Virus record (IMG/VR): IMGVR_UViG_3300035138_000032
Span: 13,389-77,388 of that record
Reading direction: 5' to 3' (one strand)
Origin: a virus
Length of the DNA: 64,000 nt
Part shown: positions 1 through 9,154 of the stretch, piece by piece
Numbering within the stretch: the first letter of the stretch is position 1
Layout of the letters: each line of letters begins with the position of its first letter
The notes under the pieces: generated by a model
Told to the model about the DNA's origin: nothing
Databases searched by the model: none
What the model saw: the letters and a program-made list of their open reading frames with translations, nothing else
Position numbers and translations under genes: made by a program

Positions 1-29
1 ACATTCGAAGTATGAGTGTTCAGCCATTG

Positions 30-209
30 TCAACCTCCTTTCCTGTTACAAGCAGCCTCATGTTCAGTGAGGCGGTCATAGTAGAATTGGGCTTTAGCCC
101 AAAACCTCTTGGAGCCCTCCATATTGCCGTCGGTTTCGGCAGTCTGGGCAGCCTCCATGAATCTATAGCACATACTTTCAAGCCTGTGCTTTTCTTTTAG
201 ATGATTCAT
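30..209 (-). CDS. small hypothetical protein (minus-strand block)
   Basis: ORF MNHLKEKHRL...; GAGGA RBS upstream of the ATG at 209. Confidence 0.6.
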   Translation of the reverse strand: MNHLKEKHRLESMCYRFMEAAQTAETDGNMEGSKRFWAKAQFYYDRLTEHEAACNRKGG

Positions 210-317
210 AGCCAATATCCTCTCTGCCCCGGGTAACCGGACTGCGCCCCGGGGCGGTTGTGATTGTGTTATGCCACAAGTTTAACCTCAGCCAGTGGCA
301 TCCGAGGTAGTGCTTTA

Positions 318-530
318 TTAGTTTTCTACCATCCAGGCAGCCATCTCGTCGATGACGTGCTGGGGGGCATTGGTGTAATCCGCCAGAAAGCACGGAATAC
401 ACAGAACGGGCCCCTTCTCATAACGACGAAGGTGCTTATTCTTGGTACTTTCGCCGCAGTGCTCGCAACGGCCCGGGCCATCCTCACCGATGCTGTAGTT
501 CTTGTATTGAAGCTGTTCTAATGTACTCAT
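318..530 (-). CDS. small Zn-finger protein
   Basis: CEHC...CIPC motif pair; AAAGGAGGG RBS. Confidence 0.65.
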   Translation of the reverse strand: MSTLEQLQYKNYSIGEDGPGRCEHCGESTKNKHLRRYEKGPVLCIPCFLADYTNAPQHVIDEMAAWMVEN

Positions 531-574
531 AATACCACCCTCCTTTACTGTATTAGTTTGTAAGTTATACTATC

Positions 575-615
575 AAAAAAACGGGGTAGAAGTACATAAT
601 ACGTACCTCTACCCC
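575..615 (-). terminator. intrinsic terminator (minus strand)
   Basis: Minus strand: GGGGTAGAGGTACGT-att-ATGTACTTCTACCCC followed by G and T7. Confidence 0.7.
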
Positions 616-621
616 TCCGGG

Positions 622-747
622 TTAGATGATGCGGAACTTCTTTCTATACTCTTCTCTTTCCTTCTTGGCCTCTTCGGCCTCTTTCCTAACCCGAGCATGG
701 GAATCCAACTTTCTGTTTTCTTCTTCTTTTCTCTTTAATCTAATCAT
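622..747 (-). CDS. 41-aa charged peptide (not in ORF track)
   Basis: MIRLKRKEEENRKLDSHARVRKEAEEAKKEREEYRKKFRII*; AAAGGAGT RBS. Confidence 0.6.
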   Translation of the reverse strand: MIRLKRKEEENRKLDSHARVRKEAEEAKKEREEYRKKFRII

Positions 748-792
748 GATTTACTCCTTTCTTATTTTGGGTTATTGTGTTATGTTCATATC

Positions 793-827
793 AAAAAAAC
801 GGGGTAGAGACACAGAGTCCCTACCCC
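793..827 (-). terminator. intrinsic terminator (minus strand), related to 575-615
   Basis: Minus strand: GGGGTAGGGAC-tctgt-GTCTCTACCCC followed by G and T7; 789-808 is identical to 571-590. Confidence 0.7.
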
Positions 828-833
828 ACAGTC

Positions 834-1100
834 TTAGATTCTCCAATGTTTGATTACTTTCTTGAGAACGGCTGTCGGATTATCCGTCCCATAGACATCT
901 ACGGGGCACTCATAATACTCACTCCAGTGCTCCCGGATTTTCGCCATCCCCAGCCGCTCCAGCAGCCGGGTTTGGTTTTTGTGTATCCGGCCGATTTTGT
1001 ATACACCGGCCACCGTCCATGACGACTCAATCTTCTGCAGTTCTTTATTAAGGGCTGCCATTTCTTCTCTAATTTTTTTGTATCTCTGCAAATTTTTCAT
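834..1100 (-). CDS. hypothetical protein
   Basis: ORF; ATG at 1100 (MKNLQRY...) has an AAAGGAGT RBS. Confidence 0.6.
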   Translation of the reverse strand: MKNLQRYKKIREEMAALNKELQKIESSWTVAGVYKIGRIHKNQTRLLERLGMAKIREHWSEYYECPVDVYGTDNPTAVLKKVIKHWRI

Positions 1101-1416
1101 AATTACTCCTTTCAATACCCCGGTAGTATACCCCCGGGTCGTCAATGTGTTAGATGTCCATTAAGAACACCCCCCTGCATTATTTTACCTCTCGGCAAGG
1201 GTCGAATGAGGTCAATTTGTCATTTAACGAGTCAAATCGAGTAAAACACTCATTTACCAAAAAATCCAAGAAATGGATATAAAAACTCATAAAGGGAGGG
1301 GGGCTATAATAACAAATACAAATACATATAACTCCTCTCATATATAGGGTCCCCCTTACAATCAATTTGGTCCCATAAAACAGTTCGACCATGATATATG
1401 TAGTAATACTATATAG

Positions 1417-1491
1417 TTAGTATAGAATCAATTAGTATAGAATCAATTAGTATAGAATCAATTAGTATAGAATCAGTTACCATAGAGTTAA
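1417..1491. repeat. 15-bp tandem repeat TTAGTATAGAATCAA (3 perfect, 1 near-perfect, 1 degenerate copy)
   Basis: Read directly; units start at 1417, 1432, 1447, 1462 and 1477. Confidence 0.95.
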
Positions 1492-1590
1492 TTAGCACAG
1501 CATAGAACTATCCATATTACCTTATATATAATTTGTCCGGGGTTCTAAAAACAAATCGACCATAATAAATTAGAATAAACAAACCTCCAT

Positions 1591-1666
1591 TTTAATAGGA
1601 ACGGAGTGAATATTAAAATGGCTTTAATAGGAACGGAGTGAATATTAAAATGGCTTTAATAGGAAC
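1591..1666. repeat. 32-bp tandem repeat (2 full copies plus a partial), each unit a hairpin
   Basis: TTTAATAGGAACGGAGTGAATATTAAAATGGC at 1591 and 1623, partial at 1655; TTTAATA/TATTAAA arms. Confidence 0.95.
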
Positions 1667-1715
1667 TATGAACTACCGGATTTAATTTCGAGCTTAAAAG
1701 GAGAAGTCGACCCTT

Positions 1716-1907
1716 ATGGTTGAAGTTAATATCTCAGTGAAAGCTGAAAATGACATTGACCTACCAAATCTTCTAAATCACATCATGAGAGAGATCATTG
1801 ACACAGAATACAGGCTATCAGAAATGAACTCAAAAAGAAGGGTAGACCTGAACTGGGTGTATTTAGATGAGGGTAAGTACCAGTGGGCTAAAAACTATCA
1901 CAATTAA
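1716..1907 (+). CDS. hypothetical protein
   Basis: ORF with AAAGGAG upstream. Confidence 0.55.
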   Translation: MVEVNISVKAENDIDLPNLLNHIMREIIDTEYRLSEMNSKRRVDLNWVYLDEGKYQWAKNYHN

Positions 1908-1981
1908 TACAGACTAAGATATTATACTAACTAAAAAACTTCCTCGTGGGGGAAGATGGGATAGAGTTTTTAAAAACATAT

Positions 1982-2011
1982 TTGACAAATCCAGAAAAAT
2001 GATTATATTAT
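1982..2011 (+). promoter_or_regulatory. sigma70-type promoter
   Basis: TTGACAAAT-N11-ATTATATTAT; same elements and spacing as 9514-9543. Confidence 0.65.
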
Positions 2012-2047
2012 ATTAGGATAAAATAACATCAAATAAAGGATACCAAA

Positions 2048-2215
2048 ATGAATAAAGTCAAAGAACTGGAAAAGGACATATTAGAATTGATTAGTAAATT
2101 TAACAGAGAAACAAATTTAATACCTACCAATATAAAACTTGATATAGCAAACCGTAAAGGCCATAAAGCCATATTAGGTTGTTATATTGACGTAATAAAG
2201 AACGAGAGGGTATAG
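2048..2215 (+). CDS. 55-aa hypothetical protein (not in ORF track)
   Basis: MNKVKELEKDILELISKFNRETNLIP...; AAAGGA RBS. Confidence 0.55.
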   Translation: MNKVKELEKDILELISKFNRETNLIPTNIKLDIANRKGHKAILGCYIDVIKNERV

Positions 2216-2227
2216 GAGGAATAAATA

Positions 2228-2506
2228 ATGAGTACGACTATGGAATTAAATGACGCGGATTGCGCTTTGGTAATTGAAAAAGATCTGACTACCAAATTAT
2301 ATCTACCTAAGATGGATGAAGAGACCTTGATAAATAGGAATGACAACGCTAATATATTCTATATTGTTACTCTTTTATCATTAATAAACGATTCTGAGGA
2401 ATTTCAAGAATTAATTGAGACAGAAATGACTAAACTGATGGAACGAGATCATGATTGCTCTTGCGGGGGTAATTGCGGAGAGGAGTGTGAGTGCAAAAAT
2501 GGATAA
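2228..2506 (+). CDS. hypothetical protein with Cys-rich C-terminal tail
   Basis: AGGAGG RBS; ends HDCSCGGNCGEECECKNG. Confidence 0.7.
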   Translation: MSTTMELNDADCALVIEKDLTTKLYLPKMDEETLINRNDNANIFYIVTLLSLINDSEEFQELIETEMTKLMERDHDCSCGGNCGEECECKNG

Positions 2507-2783
2507 AGAGACATTTGTAAAAGAACTTAAAAATTTAATTGATATACTATCGGATGAGTTTTCAGAATATCTACCAGATGACATAGCCAACATTGACCTG
2601 GAGCTTAAATTAATCAGAACTGTACCTGGAAGTCCGATTGAAATAAGTGGTGGTTTGTCTGATAAAGAATTAGATATTTATGTACCACAAAAATCGATGG
2701 AGATAGGCGACGGCAGAATGGCCTACGGTGTGTTGGATAATACAGGTAAATATAACAAAGGATTATCGATAGTTATAGATTAA
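2499..2783 (+). CDS. hypothetical protein
   Basis: MDKETFVKELK...; overlaps the previous stop. Confidence 0.6.
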   Translation: MDKETFVKELKNLIDILSDEFSEYLPDDIANIDLELKLIRTVPGSPIEISGGLSDKELDIYVPQKSMEIGDGRMAYGVLDNTGKYNKGLSIVID

Positions 2784-2800
2784 ATAAAGGACAGCGGAAA

Positions 2801-3040
2801 ATGAAAGAAGTAAATATTAACTATTTACCGGAAACAACTAAACAAGCCATACGTAACGAATTACAACTACTGTTGCCTAAGTTTGAAGCATCAGATTCAG
2901 CTACAGCAAGTGGGGCTTTTGGAAGAACAAAGTACGAAGTAAGTGGTGATACAGTAAAAATTACAGTTCCTATATACAATAAAAAATACGAAATTATAAT
3001 TGTTAATACAACTATAGACGAGTTAAAAAAATGGATATAG
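2801..3040 (+). CDS. hypothetical protein
   Basis: ORF with AAAGGA RBS in co-oriented run. Confidence 0.6.
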   Translation: MKEVNINYLPETTKQAIRNELQLLLPKFEASDSATASGAFGRTKYEVSGDTVKITVPIYNKKYEIIIVNTTIDELKKWI

Positions 3041-3213
3041 CTGTTCTATTAGATAGTTATCTTACTATAGATAACATTATTAAATATACACAAGCTATAC
3101 TACTATTTTTAGTTATGTGGAATTTGTGGGGCAACAGTTATATAAGGAAGAAGCTATCAATGTCACCCGAAAAGTATAACAAAATCGTAAAGAATTTATC
3201 GTGGCCCAAATAG
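3031..3213 (+). CDS. small membrane protein
   Basis: One hydrophobic segment (AILLFLVMWNLW). Confidence 0.5.
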   Translation: MDIAVLLDSYLTIDNIIKYTQAILLFLVMWNLWGNSYIRKKLSMSPEKYNKIVKNLSWPK

Positions 3214-3467
3214 AGGAGGTATTTATGTTGCGTCAGCAGATTTTAAAACGTTTTTACAAAGGGGAAGAAGATCATGGATACTGGTGGATAGATCCTTCCA
3301 CAGGTGATTTAAAATTCACAAAGAATCCTAATGAAATAGAACTTGTTTCATTGTTTAAGTATTCTTCTAATGCATCATGTAAATGGTGGCATATCAGATG
3401 TGAATTAGATTGGTATAGGATGAGAAAAGAATATAAAAGACTTAGAATTGAGTGCAATAAGGGCTAG
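3201..3467 (+). CDS. hypothetical protein
   Basis: ORF; an internal GAGGAGG RBS suggests a slightly later ATG start. Confidence 0.55.
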   Translation: MAQIEEVFMLRQQILKRFYKGEEDHGYWWIDPSTGDLKFTKNPNEIELVSLFKYSSNASCKWWHIRCELDWYRMRKEYKRLRIECNKG

Positions 3468-3748
3468 GGTTGTTTTCCCGCCCGCGAAAATTTTTCAGAA
3501 TCTTAGTTAATATTATATTGGTAGCATGTCTTATACCAGCTTGTTATGTTAGATGTATCTTTCAGGAAACCAAATATATATGGGCTATATTAGTGTGCAC
3601 AATACTAACTATGGTTTTATTCAGAGAGCCATGAATAAAAACAGTCACGGTCGTGGTAGGGTTCTCTATACGAATTAGATAAATGATGGTCGTATATGTA
3701 TGAAAGATAGCGACGAATTTGAAAAACAAAAACAGGTGGTGATGCATA

Positions 3749-4081
3749 ATGAGTAATAAAATTGGATTATTACGAGGCATTATACACGGAATCAAAAATC
3801 TTTTGTTGTGGTTTAAAATCATTTGGGCTGATAGACATTACGATAATTTATTTATATTCAGGATACTTAAGTTTAAATTCATATTAACTGCTGGCTTTTT
3901 TTATAAACATAGTATAAGTATTGATTCAATTAAAATCGCGAAAGACATAGAATTATGTATATTTTTGCTTGACAGAATAATAAAGAATGATTATATTAAA
4001 GATGGTAAAAGGACTAAACACAAAGATATAGAATTACTCTGTGAAATACTGAAAAGGGAATTACCAAATTGGTGGGACTAG
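3749..4081 (+). CDS. hypothetical phage protein
   Basis: GIKNLLLWFKIIWADR...WWD pattern seen in phage proteins. Confidence 0.6.
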   Translation: MSNKIGLLRGIIHGIKNLLLWFKIIWADRHYDNLFIFRILKFKFILTAGFFYKHSISIDSIKIAKDIELCIFLLDRIIKNDYIKDGKRTKHKDIELLCEILKRELPNWWD

Positions 4082-4183
4082 ATGAAACTAAAAACAATCG
4101 ATATATTACAAATAACTCTAATAATAATATCAGTAACTTTATTGTTTGCTGCATCTTTCATTGAATCTTTTTAAGGGGGACAA

Positions 4184-4561
4184 GTGGGAAATTACGATAA
4201 TGTAATTTGTAAGTATCCGTTACCTAATACAAAAAAAGAAATTCAAGATTCCATATTCCAAACAAAATCACTGGACTGTAATTTTGAAGATTACACTATT
4301 ACAGAAGATGGCTGTTTGATTAGAAATGAGTTTGTATTAGAACTTGTTCCTGAGGAGCAAAGATATTACTACGGAAAACCAGAGTGGAACGAACATAAAT
4401 TATCTAAGTTGGTAGGCAGTTTAAAAAAAGTACCAACAAAAGACGTAAGGATACAATACAATGGTGTACTCGACATAATAACATGTATAGATCATAAATG
4501 TTTCAGTTACTATATTTATTTTAATAACGGTAAATTAGAAAGCTTGGAAATAATTATTTAA
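4184..4561 (+). CDS. hypothetical phage protein
   Basis: MGxYD...FQTKSLDC...Y.I..DG.L pattern; GGGGGA RBS. Confidence 0.65.
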   Translation: MGNYDNVICKYPLPNTKKEIQDSIFQTKSLDCNFEDYTITEDGCLIRNEFVLELVPEEQRYYYGKPEWNEHKLSKLVGSLKKVPTKDVRIQYNGVLDIITCIDHKCFSYYIYFNNGKLESLEIII

Positions 4562-4572
4562 GGAGCGGTTAT

Positions 4573-4866
4573 ATGCCAGAACTATACGATTATTTTGTGA
4601 CAGAAAACATAATTGATACAATAGTGTCAAAAGTAATGGAAATATATACCAAAATATCTGAAAAAGACATAGAAGCATTCAAAACAATAATAAAAAACAT
4701 ATTAAATAGCTATACGTTCAGCTGTAATGAAGAATTACATATGTGTGAGTATACACAAAAGTATATGGATAGATTGCACGATAATCTATCTGATTTAATT
4801 GTAAAATACATACTTGCCTCAATAAATATATATATGTTAAATAAAGAACTTGATAAGGAACACTAA
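4573..4866 (+). CDS. hypothetical protein
   Basis: AAGGAG RBS. Confidence 0.6.
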   Translation: MPELYDYFVTENIIDTIVSKVMEIYTKISEKDIEAFKTIIKNILNSYTFSCNEELHMCEYTQKYMDRLHDNLSDLIVKYILASINIYMLNKELDKEH

Positions 4867-5065
4867 AATGAGTATGATGGATTACCTAGAAGAGCTAACC
4901 AAAGAAGAGGTATCAGAGCAACTAGTAATAGCTATGGAGACTAAGGAATTATTTGAAAACAAACTAAGAGAACTTAACTTGGTTATATTAGTACTTAATT
5001 ATTACTTAAGGACAGGTGTTGTTTTAGAGCCATGGGCAATAGGCTTGAATATAGAGGAAGAATAA
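4850..5065 (+). CDS. hypothetical protein
   Basis: ORF in co-oriented run. Confidence 0.5.
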   Translation: MIRNTKMSMMDYLEELTKEEVSEQLVIAMETKELFENKLRELNLVILVLNYYLRTGVVLEPWAIGLNIEEE

Positions 5066-5070
5066 TAAAT

Positions 5071-5089
5071 TAACCTTTATTTAAATAGA
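5071..5089 (+). promoter_or_regulatory. putative phage late promoter TAACC-N10-TAGA
   Basis: TAACC TTTATTTAAA TAGA, intergenic. Confidence 0.55.
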
Positions 5090-5100
5090 TGGAGTTAAAA

Positions 5101-5394
5101 ATGCCTTATATAGAAAAATTAAAAAGAGATAGTTTTAAAAATGACATCGGTTCCCTTGCCGAAAAAATCCAAAATAAAGGGGATCTGAATTATGTAATTT
5201 GCGAATTAGTTGGACAATTAATACTGAAGACAAGAATAGGCTATACACAAATATCAGAATGGATAGACGCCGTTAACGGCGCCGAAAGAGAACTAACAAG
5301 AAGGATACTTGATCCTTATGAAGATATTAAAAAGAATGATAACGAAGATGTGCCTAGTTTTATTGACATTCTTAGTAGTATTAACACCACATGA
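5101..5394 (+). CDS. hypothetical phage protein (MPYI...GxLNY type)
   Basis: MPYIEK...GDLNYVI...RRILDPYED.K motif; GGAG RBS. Confidence 0.65.
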   Translation: MPYIEKLKRDSFKNDIGSLAEKIQNKGDLNYVICELVGQLILKTRIGYTQISEWIDAVNGAERELTRRILDPYEDIKKNDNEDVPSFIDILSSINTT

Positions 5395-5731
5395 TACATA
5401 TTCAAATGATTTAATTAATTCAGAAATGAATACCGATCCTGATTATTTGAAATACACTGAGACCACGTTAAACGGACCCGAAAAAGAAATCATAACTATG
5501 TGTAAATATTTTGTGGGCAATGATGAGTACAAAGTAAGAAAATGTTCTCTAACTCAAGTATATGGTTCTCAAAAAACTTACAAGCTATTATTAGAACTTT
5601 CTAATAAAGAACAAGAATCGGAAATAATAGATAATATAATTAATGAGAGATTTTTCGGTGGTTATGTTTTTGATTTTGTTAATCTCCATAAAGATATCCT
5701 AAATTACTTAAAGGAGAAAAACGGTGACTGA
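5309..5731 (+). CDS. putative exported protein
   Basis: Signal-peptide-like CLVLLTFLVVLT; start uncertain. Confidence 0.5.
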   Translation: MILMKILKRMITKMCLVLLTFLVVLTPHDTYSNDLINSEMNTDPDYLKYTETTLNGPEKEIITMCKYFVGNDEYKVRKCSLTQVYGSQKTYKLLLELSNKEQESEIIDNIINERFFGGYVFDFVNLHKDILNYLKEKNGD

Positions 5732-5996
5732 CACATTACTATACGGGATTGGAATTGGTTGTGTAATCGGATTCTTATTCAGTATTTTGGTATTGGACAA
5801 GATCTACAGAGAATCGAGTAAGAAAATGGTTGATGCTATATACGAAGAATATACCAAAATATTAAAAGTATTTACAAACAAAATCGATACTTATGGAAAT
5901 AAATTACGCGCATATGAAGAAAAACTAAGTTATTACGAAAACGAGGAAAAGGAAAATGAAGGAAACGATTTATCTAATAGGGCAGATATCAGTTGA
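5724..5996 (+). CDS. membrane-anchored coiled-coil protein
   Basis: N-terminal TM helix; AAGGAG RBS. Confidence 0.6.
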   Translation: MTDTLLYGIGIGCVIGFLFSILVLDKIYRESSKKMVDAIYEEYTKILKVFTNKIDTYGNKLRAYEEKLSYYENEEKENEGNDLSNRADIS

Positions 5997-6516
5997 TAAA
6001 CCAGAAAGTTACGAATGGAGAAAAAACATAAGACGATGTTTTGCTGGAAATCCAGATTGGTGTATTATAGATCCATGTAATAATGGGTTCAACAATATGG
6101 TATTAAAAAACAACGGTAAAGATGATAAACGACTGAAGGTCTATAAAACAAAGGGTATTGAGCTGTTAGTACCAAAGGACTGTTCTTATGTTATGAGAAG
6201 TACCATGGCTATTTGTAATATGAATCAATATGACGAGAAAAAACCGATAATTGGAACATTTTTCGAATTAGCGTGGTATTATCTTAATCCAGATAAAACG
6301 GTAATAGGATTCTATGATGGCAATCCAGAAGACGATGTGAATTGTAATCATCCATTTGTTAAAAGCACAGTTGATGTGTGGGTTAAAAATGAATATGAGG
6401 CCGCTAAATTAGCTTATTATTATTATCAAGATGTTTATATAGAAGAACCTACATTTGAAGAATACAGAATGGTTAAAGAGGATTTGGAAAATTGTGATTT
6501 GGGTAAAGTAGAATAA
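5956..6516 (+). CDS. nucleoside 2-deoxyribosyltransferase-like protein
   Basis: IYLIGQIS...WR...IIDP...D...GTFFELAW fits NDT-family motifs. Confidence 0.65.
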   Translation: MKETIYLIGQISVDKPESYEWRKNIRRCFAGNPDWCIIDPCNNGFNNMVLKNNGKDDKRLKVYKTKGIELLVPKDCSYVMRSTMAICNMNQYDEKKPIIGTFFELAWYYLNPDKTVIGFYDGNPEDDVNCNHPFVKSTVDVWVKNEYEAAKLAYYYYQDVYIEEPTFEEYRMVKEDLENCDLGKVE

Positions 6517-6530
6517 AAGGAGTATGCACT

Positions 6531-6764
6531 ATGGTAACACTTATGTTAAAGTGTTATAGATGTGGTAAAGAAAGCTCTCATGATATTACAAACACTGCAC
6601 TTAGTGATGATTTAATAACTAAATTTAGATATAAATATATATATACTGGGGAAAAAAATGTACTAATCTGTTTTAACTGCGAAAAAAAGTTAAGAGAGCT
6701 CAAAGACACCTTAGAAGGGCATCGACAAAAAGAAATACATGGCTTTTTTGAGGAAAAAAAGTAA
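6531..6764 (+). CDS. Zn-finger protein
   Basis: CYRC...CFNC. Confidence 0.6.
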   Translation: MVTLMLKCYRCGKESSHDITNTALSDDLITKFRYKYIYTGEKNVLICFNCEKKLRELKDTLEGHRQKEIHGFFEEKK

Positions 6765-6967
6765 TGGCCTTTAATGTGACATTTGAAACAGTAAAGAACA
6801 TTGAACTGAAATTAAAAGGAATCCCTTGGCGTTGTAATAAATGCAGATGTGAAGATGAGATTTTATTAAAAATAAATATTGATTACGACACATTAATAAT
6901 ATGTAAAAAATGTCTATTAGAAGGCAATTCACTTGTAATTGAAAAAGAAAAGGAATTATATAGATGA
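6764..6967 (+). CDS. Zn-finger protein
   Basis: CNKC...CKKC; translationally coupled. Confidence 0.55.
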   Translation: MAFNVTFETVKNIELKLKGIPWRCNKCRCEDEILLKINIDYDTLIICKKCLLEGNSLVIEKEKELYR

Positions 6968-7173
6968 GATTTGAAGCAATAAATAATCCAAGAAAAGACA
7001 ACGGTGACTTTGGTGATGCTTCTTGTCATATATGTAAAACATATAGCGGAGCTTATATAAAAATAAATGACTCAATAATATGTAAAGGTTGTTTGTTAGC
7101 CTTTGTAGATGTTATAGATAAAACTATCTTAAACTACACTGTTAGGAAGGGTAAACTATTACATGGTAGATAA
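6964..7173 (+). CDS. Zn-finger protein
   Basis: CHIC...CKGC. Confidence 0.55.
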   Translation: MRFEAINNPRKDNGDFGDASCHICKTYSGAYIKINDSIICKGCLLAFVDVIDKTILNYTVRKGKLLHGR

Positions 7174-7233
7174 CATCATGGTCGAATAAACTAACCTCAT
7201 ATATTTATGAGGGTCTATGTTTAAACTAAATCA

Positions 7234-7422
7234 GTGTGCCAATTGAGGGATGACATGGGTACTACAAAAGAATGGACCAATGAGTTTATTGAAGAAATAA
7301 ATAAAACTATTGCTCGAGGTAACGTCGATAAAGATGTTTTAGAGCTCATGAAAGAGCTTCTAAAGGACTCAAAGGTCCAAACCAGTATCATAGCATACTT
7401 TGAAAGTTTGAAGGGGATATAG
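7234..7422 (+). CDS. hypothetical protein
   Basis: ORF; start uncertain. Confidence 0.45.
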   Translation: MCQLRDDMGTTKEWTNEFIEEINKTIARGNVDKDVLELMKELLKDSKVQTSIIAYFESLKGI

Positions 7423-7441
7423 GTCAAATAAGGAGGTATAA

Positions 7442-7651
7442 ATGAGGCGTAAAGAGTGGAGTCATAGTGACGAAAAGAAACTTATGGATAACTATGATAA
7501 ATGCACCATTAAAGAATTAGAAATTATGTTCCCTGGTAGATCTAGGGAAAGCATAAATAATAAAATAAAAAGACTCAAAAGAGCTGGAAGATTAGCGGGA
7601 GGTAAAACCGAGGAAACAATAAAGAGGGCTTACGAACAAAGAGAACTATAA
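7442..7651 (+). CDS. Myb/SANT-like HTH protein
   Basis: EWSHSDEKKL...ELEIMFPGRSRESINNKIKRL; AGGAGG RBS. Confidence 0.65.
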   Translation: MRRKEWSHSDEKKLMDNYDKCTIKELEIMFPGRSRESINNKIKRLKRAGRLAGGKTEETIKRAYEQREL

Positions 7652-7673
7652 TATTAACATTTCGGAGGTCATT

Positions 7674-7922
7674 ATGATAGAAAGAGACCCGTTAGAAGGA
7701 TCGATTTGTTCCTCTTGTATACACATGTTAGAAAGAATTATCATACCGCTTGATAATAAAGACTATGGTATAGATACAGAAACATTTGAATCTGAAGGAG
7801 ATGTGGTTTACAAACACAGGCTGTGTATGGAAACCGCTCTTGACCTAGACCATATAGTGTTAAGATGTTCTTGTTACGAACCTAAAGATAAAGGAAATTG
7901 CCTACTAAAAATTGACCGATAG
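7674..7922 (+). CDS. Cys-containing hypothetical protein
   Basis: CSSC...C...CSC; GGAGG RBS. Confidence 0.6.
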   Translation: MIERDPLEGSICSSCIHMLERIIIPLDNKDYGIDTETFESEGDVVYKHRLCMETALDLDHIVLRCSCYEPKDKGNCLLKIDR

Positions 7923-7924
7923 AC

Positions 7925-8704
7925 ATGGTTGTATTAAAAACTGAATCACAAATTAATAAAATAAGAAATGCCTGTAGAATTACTGCTGCATACCTACAAC
8001 TAGTAATTGACATTACCTCAAAAACGGCGGGGGTAACCACCAATGAATTAGACAAATTAGGAGAAATATTTGCTAATGATTATGGTGGTTTACCTGCATT
8101 CAAAGGATATCATGGCTTTCCTAATTCCATATGCGCATCAATAAACAATGAGGTGATACATGGAATACCGTCCGATAAACCACTAGAGGAAGGTGATATA
8201 CTTAGTGTAGATTACGGTGTATTATTGGATGGTTATTATAGTGATTCGGCTATAACTGTTCCAATAGGCGAGGTTAGTTACGAAGCCGAAAAATTAATAA
8301 AAATTGGCCAAGAATGCTTATATAACGGGATAGCAAATCTACAAAAAGGCCGACGACTGAATAAAATATCCCACAGTATACAAATACACGCTGAATCAAA
8401 CGGTTTTAATGTGGTTAGAGAATTTGTAGGTCATGGATTAGGTATGGATCTACATGAAGAACCACAAGTATATAATTTCACAGACAAACCCAATGAGGGG
8501 TTGGTGTTGGAACAAGGTATAGTGTTAGCTATAGAACCTATGATAGTAGAGGGATCCAATAGACTTGAGGTTGTGGATAACGGATGGACAGTAAGAACTG
8601 TAGATAAAAAATTAGCAGCGCATTGGGAACACACAGTAGCGCTAACTGAAGCTGGGCCGGAAATTTTGACTTTAAGAGAAGGCGAGGATTATAAGGAGAA
8701 TTAA
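7925..8704 (+). CDS. map: type I methionine aminopeptidase
   Basis: GFPNSICASINNEVIHGIP, D...DSAIT, GHGLG..LHEEP, AIEPM, AHWEHT; metal ligands present. Confidence 0.95.
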   Translation: MVVLKTESQINKIRNACRITAAYLQLVIDITSKTAGVTTNELDKLGEIFANDYGGLPAFKGYHGFPNSICASINNEVIHGIPSDKPLEEGDILSVDYGVLLDGYYSDSAITVPIGEVSYEAEKLIKIGQECLYNGIANLQKGRRLNKISHSIQIHAESNGFNVVREFVGHGLGMDLHEEPQVYNFTDKPNEGLVLEQGIVLAIEPMIVEGSNRLEVVDNGWTVRTVDKKLAAHWEHTVALTEAGPEILTLREGEDYKEN

Positions 8705-9154
8705 ATGAAAGACAATCAATTTGTAGTGGTGGGTTATAGTTTATTAGACAATGATGAATATAGAAAAATAATGACCTCAAGAAAGGGAATGGAGCTAACA
8801 TATTATTGGCTTAGGAGAAATGTTGTTAGAGCACCCATGAGGAATGTGTACGGAAAAGAAGTTTACGAGCAATATTTTTTGAAGGGGTACTTAGCTGCGA
8901 GTATAGGCGAAGAACAACTGGCTCAAGATTTATTTATTTCAAGGCATTGTGTTAGAGATAATTTAAGAGATCTGGAAAAAAATGGTATAATAAAAATAAA
9001 AGAATTGAAAACCAAAACACGTGGCGACGGTGCACAGAAGAAACAGAAAGTATATGTTTTGGGTAAATGGATGAGCGAAACTGATGCAAAAGGTAGAGAA
9101 AAATACGCTCAATTTTACTACGCCATCGATGCTGTGGAAAAACCATTTTCCTAA
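8705..9154 (+). CDS. winged-HTH DNA-binding protein, replication-initiator-like
   Basis: SIGEEQLAQDLFISRHCVRDNLRDLEKNGIIKI; followed by iteron-like repeats. Confidence 0.6.
   Translation: MKDNQFVVVGYSLLDNDEYRKIMTSRKGMELTYYWLRRNVVRAPMRNVYGKEVYEQYFLKGYLAASIGEEQLAQDLFISRHCVRDNLRDLEKNGIIKIKELKTKTRGDGAQKKQKVYVLGKWMSETDAKGREKYAQFYYAIDAVEKPFS

Noticed and set aside
12-1164. Plus-strand ORFs in the first 1.2 kb
   Set aside because: RBSs and terminators indicate coding on the minus strand here.
1417-1666. CRISPR array
   Set aside because: Repeats are head-to-tail with no unique spacers; no cas genes in the window.
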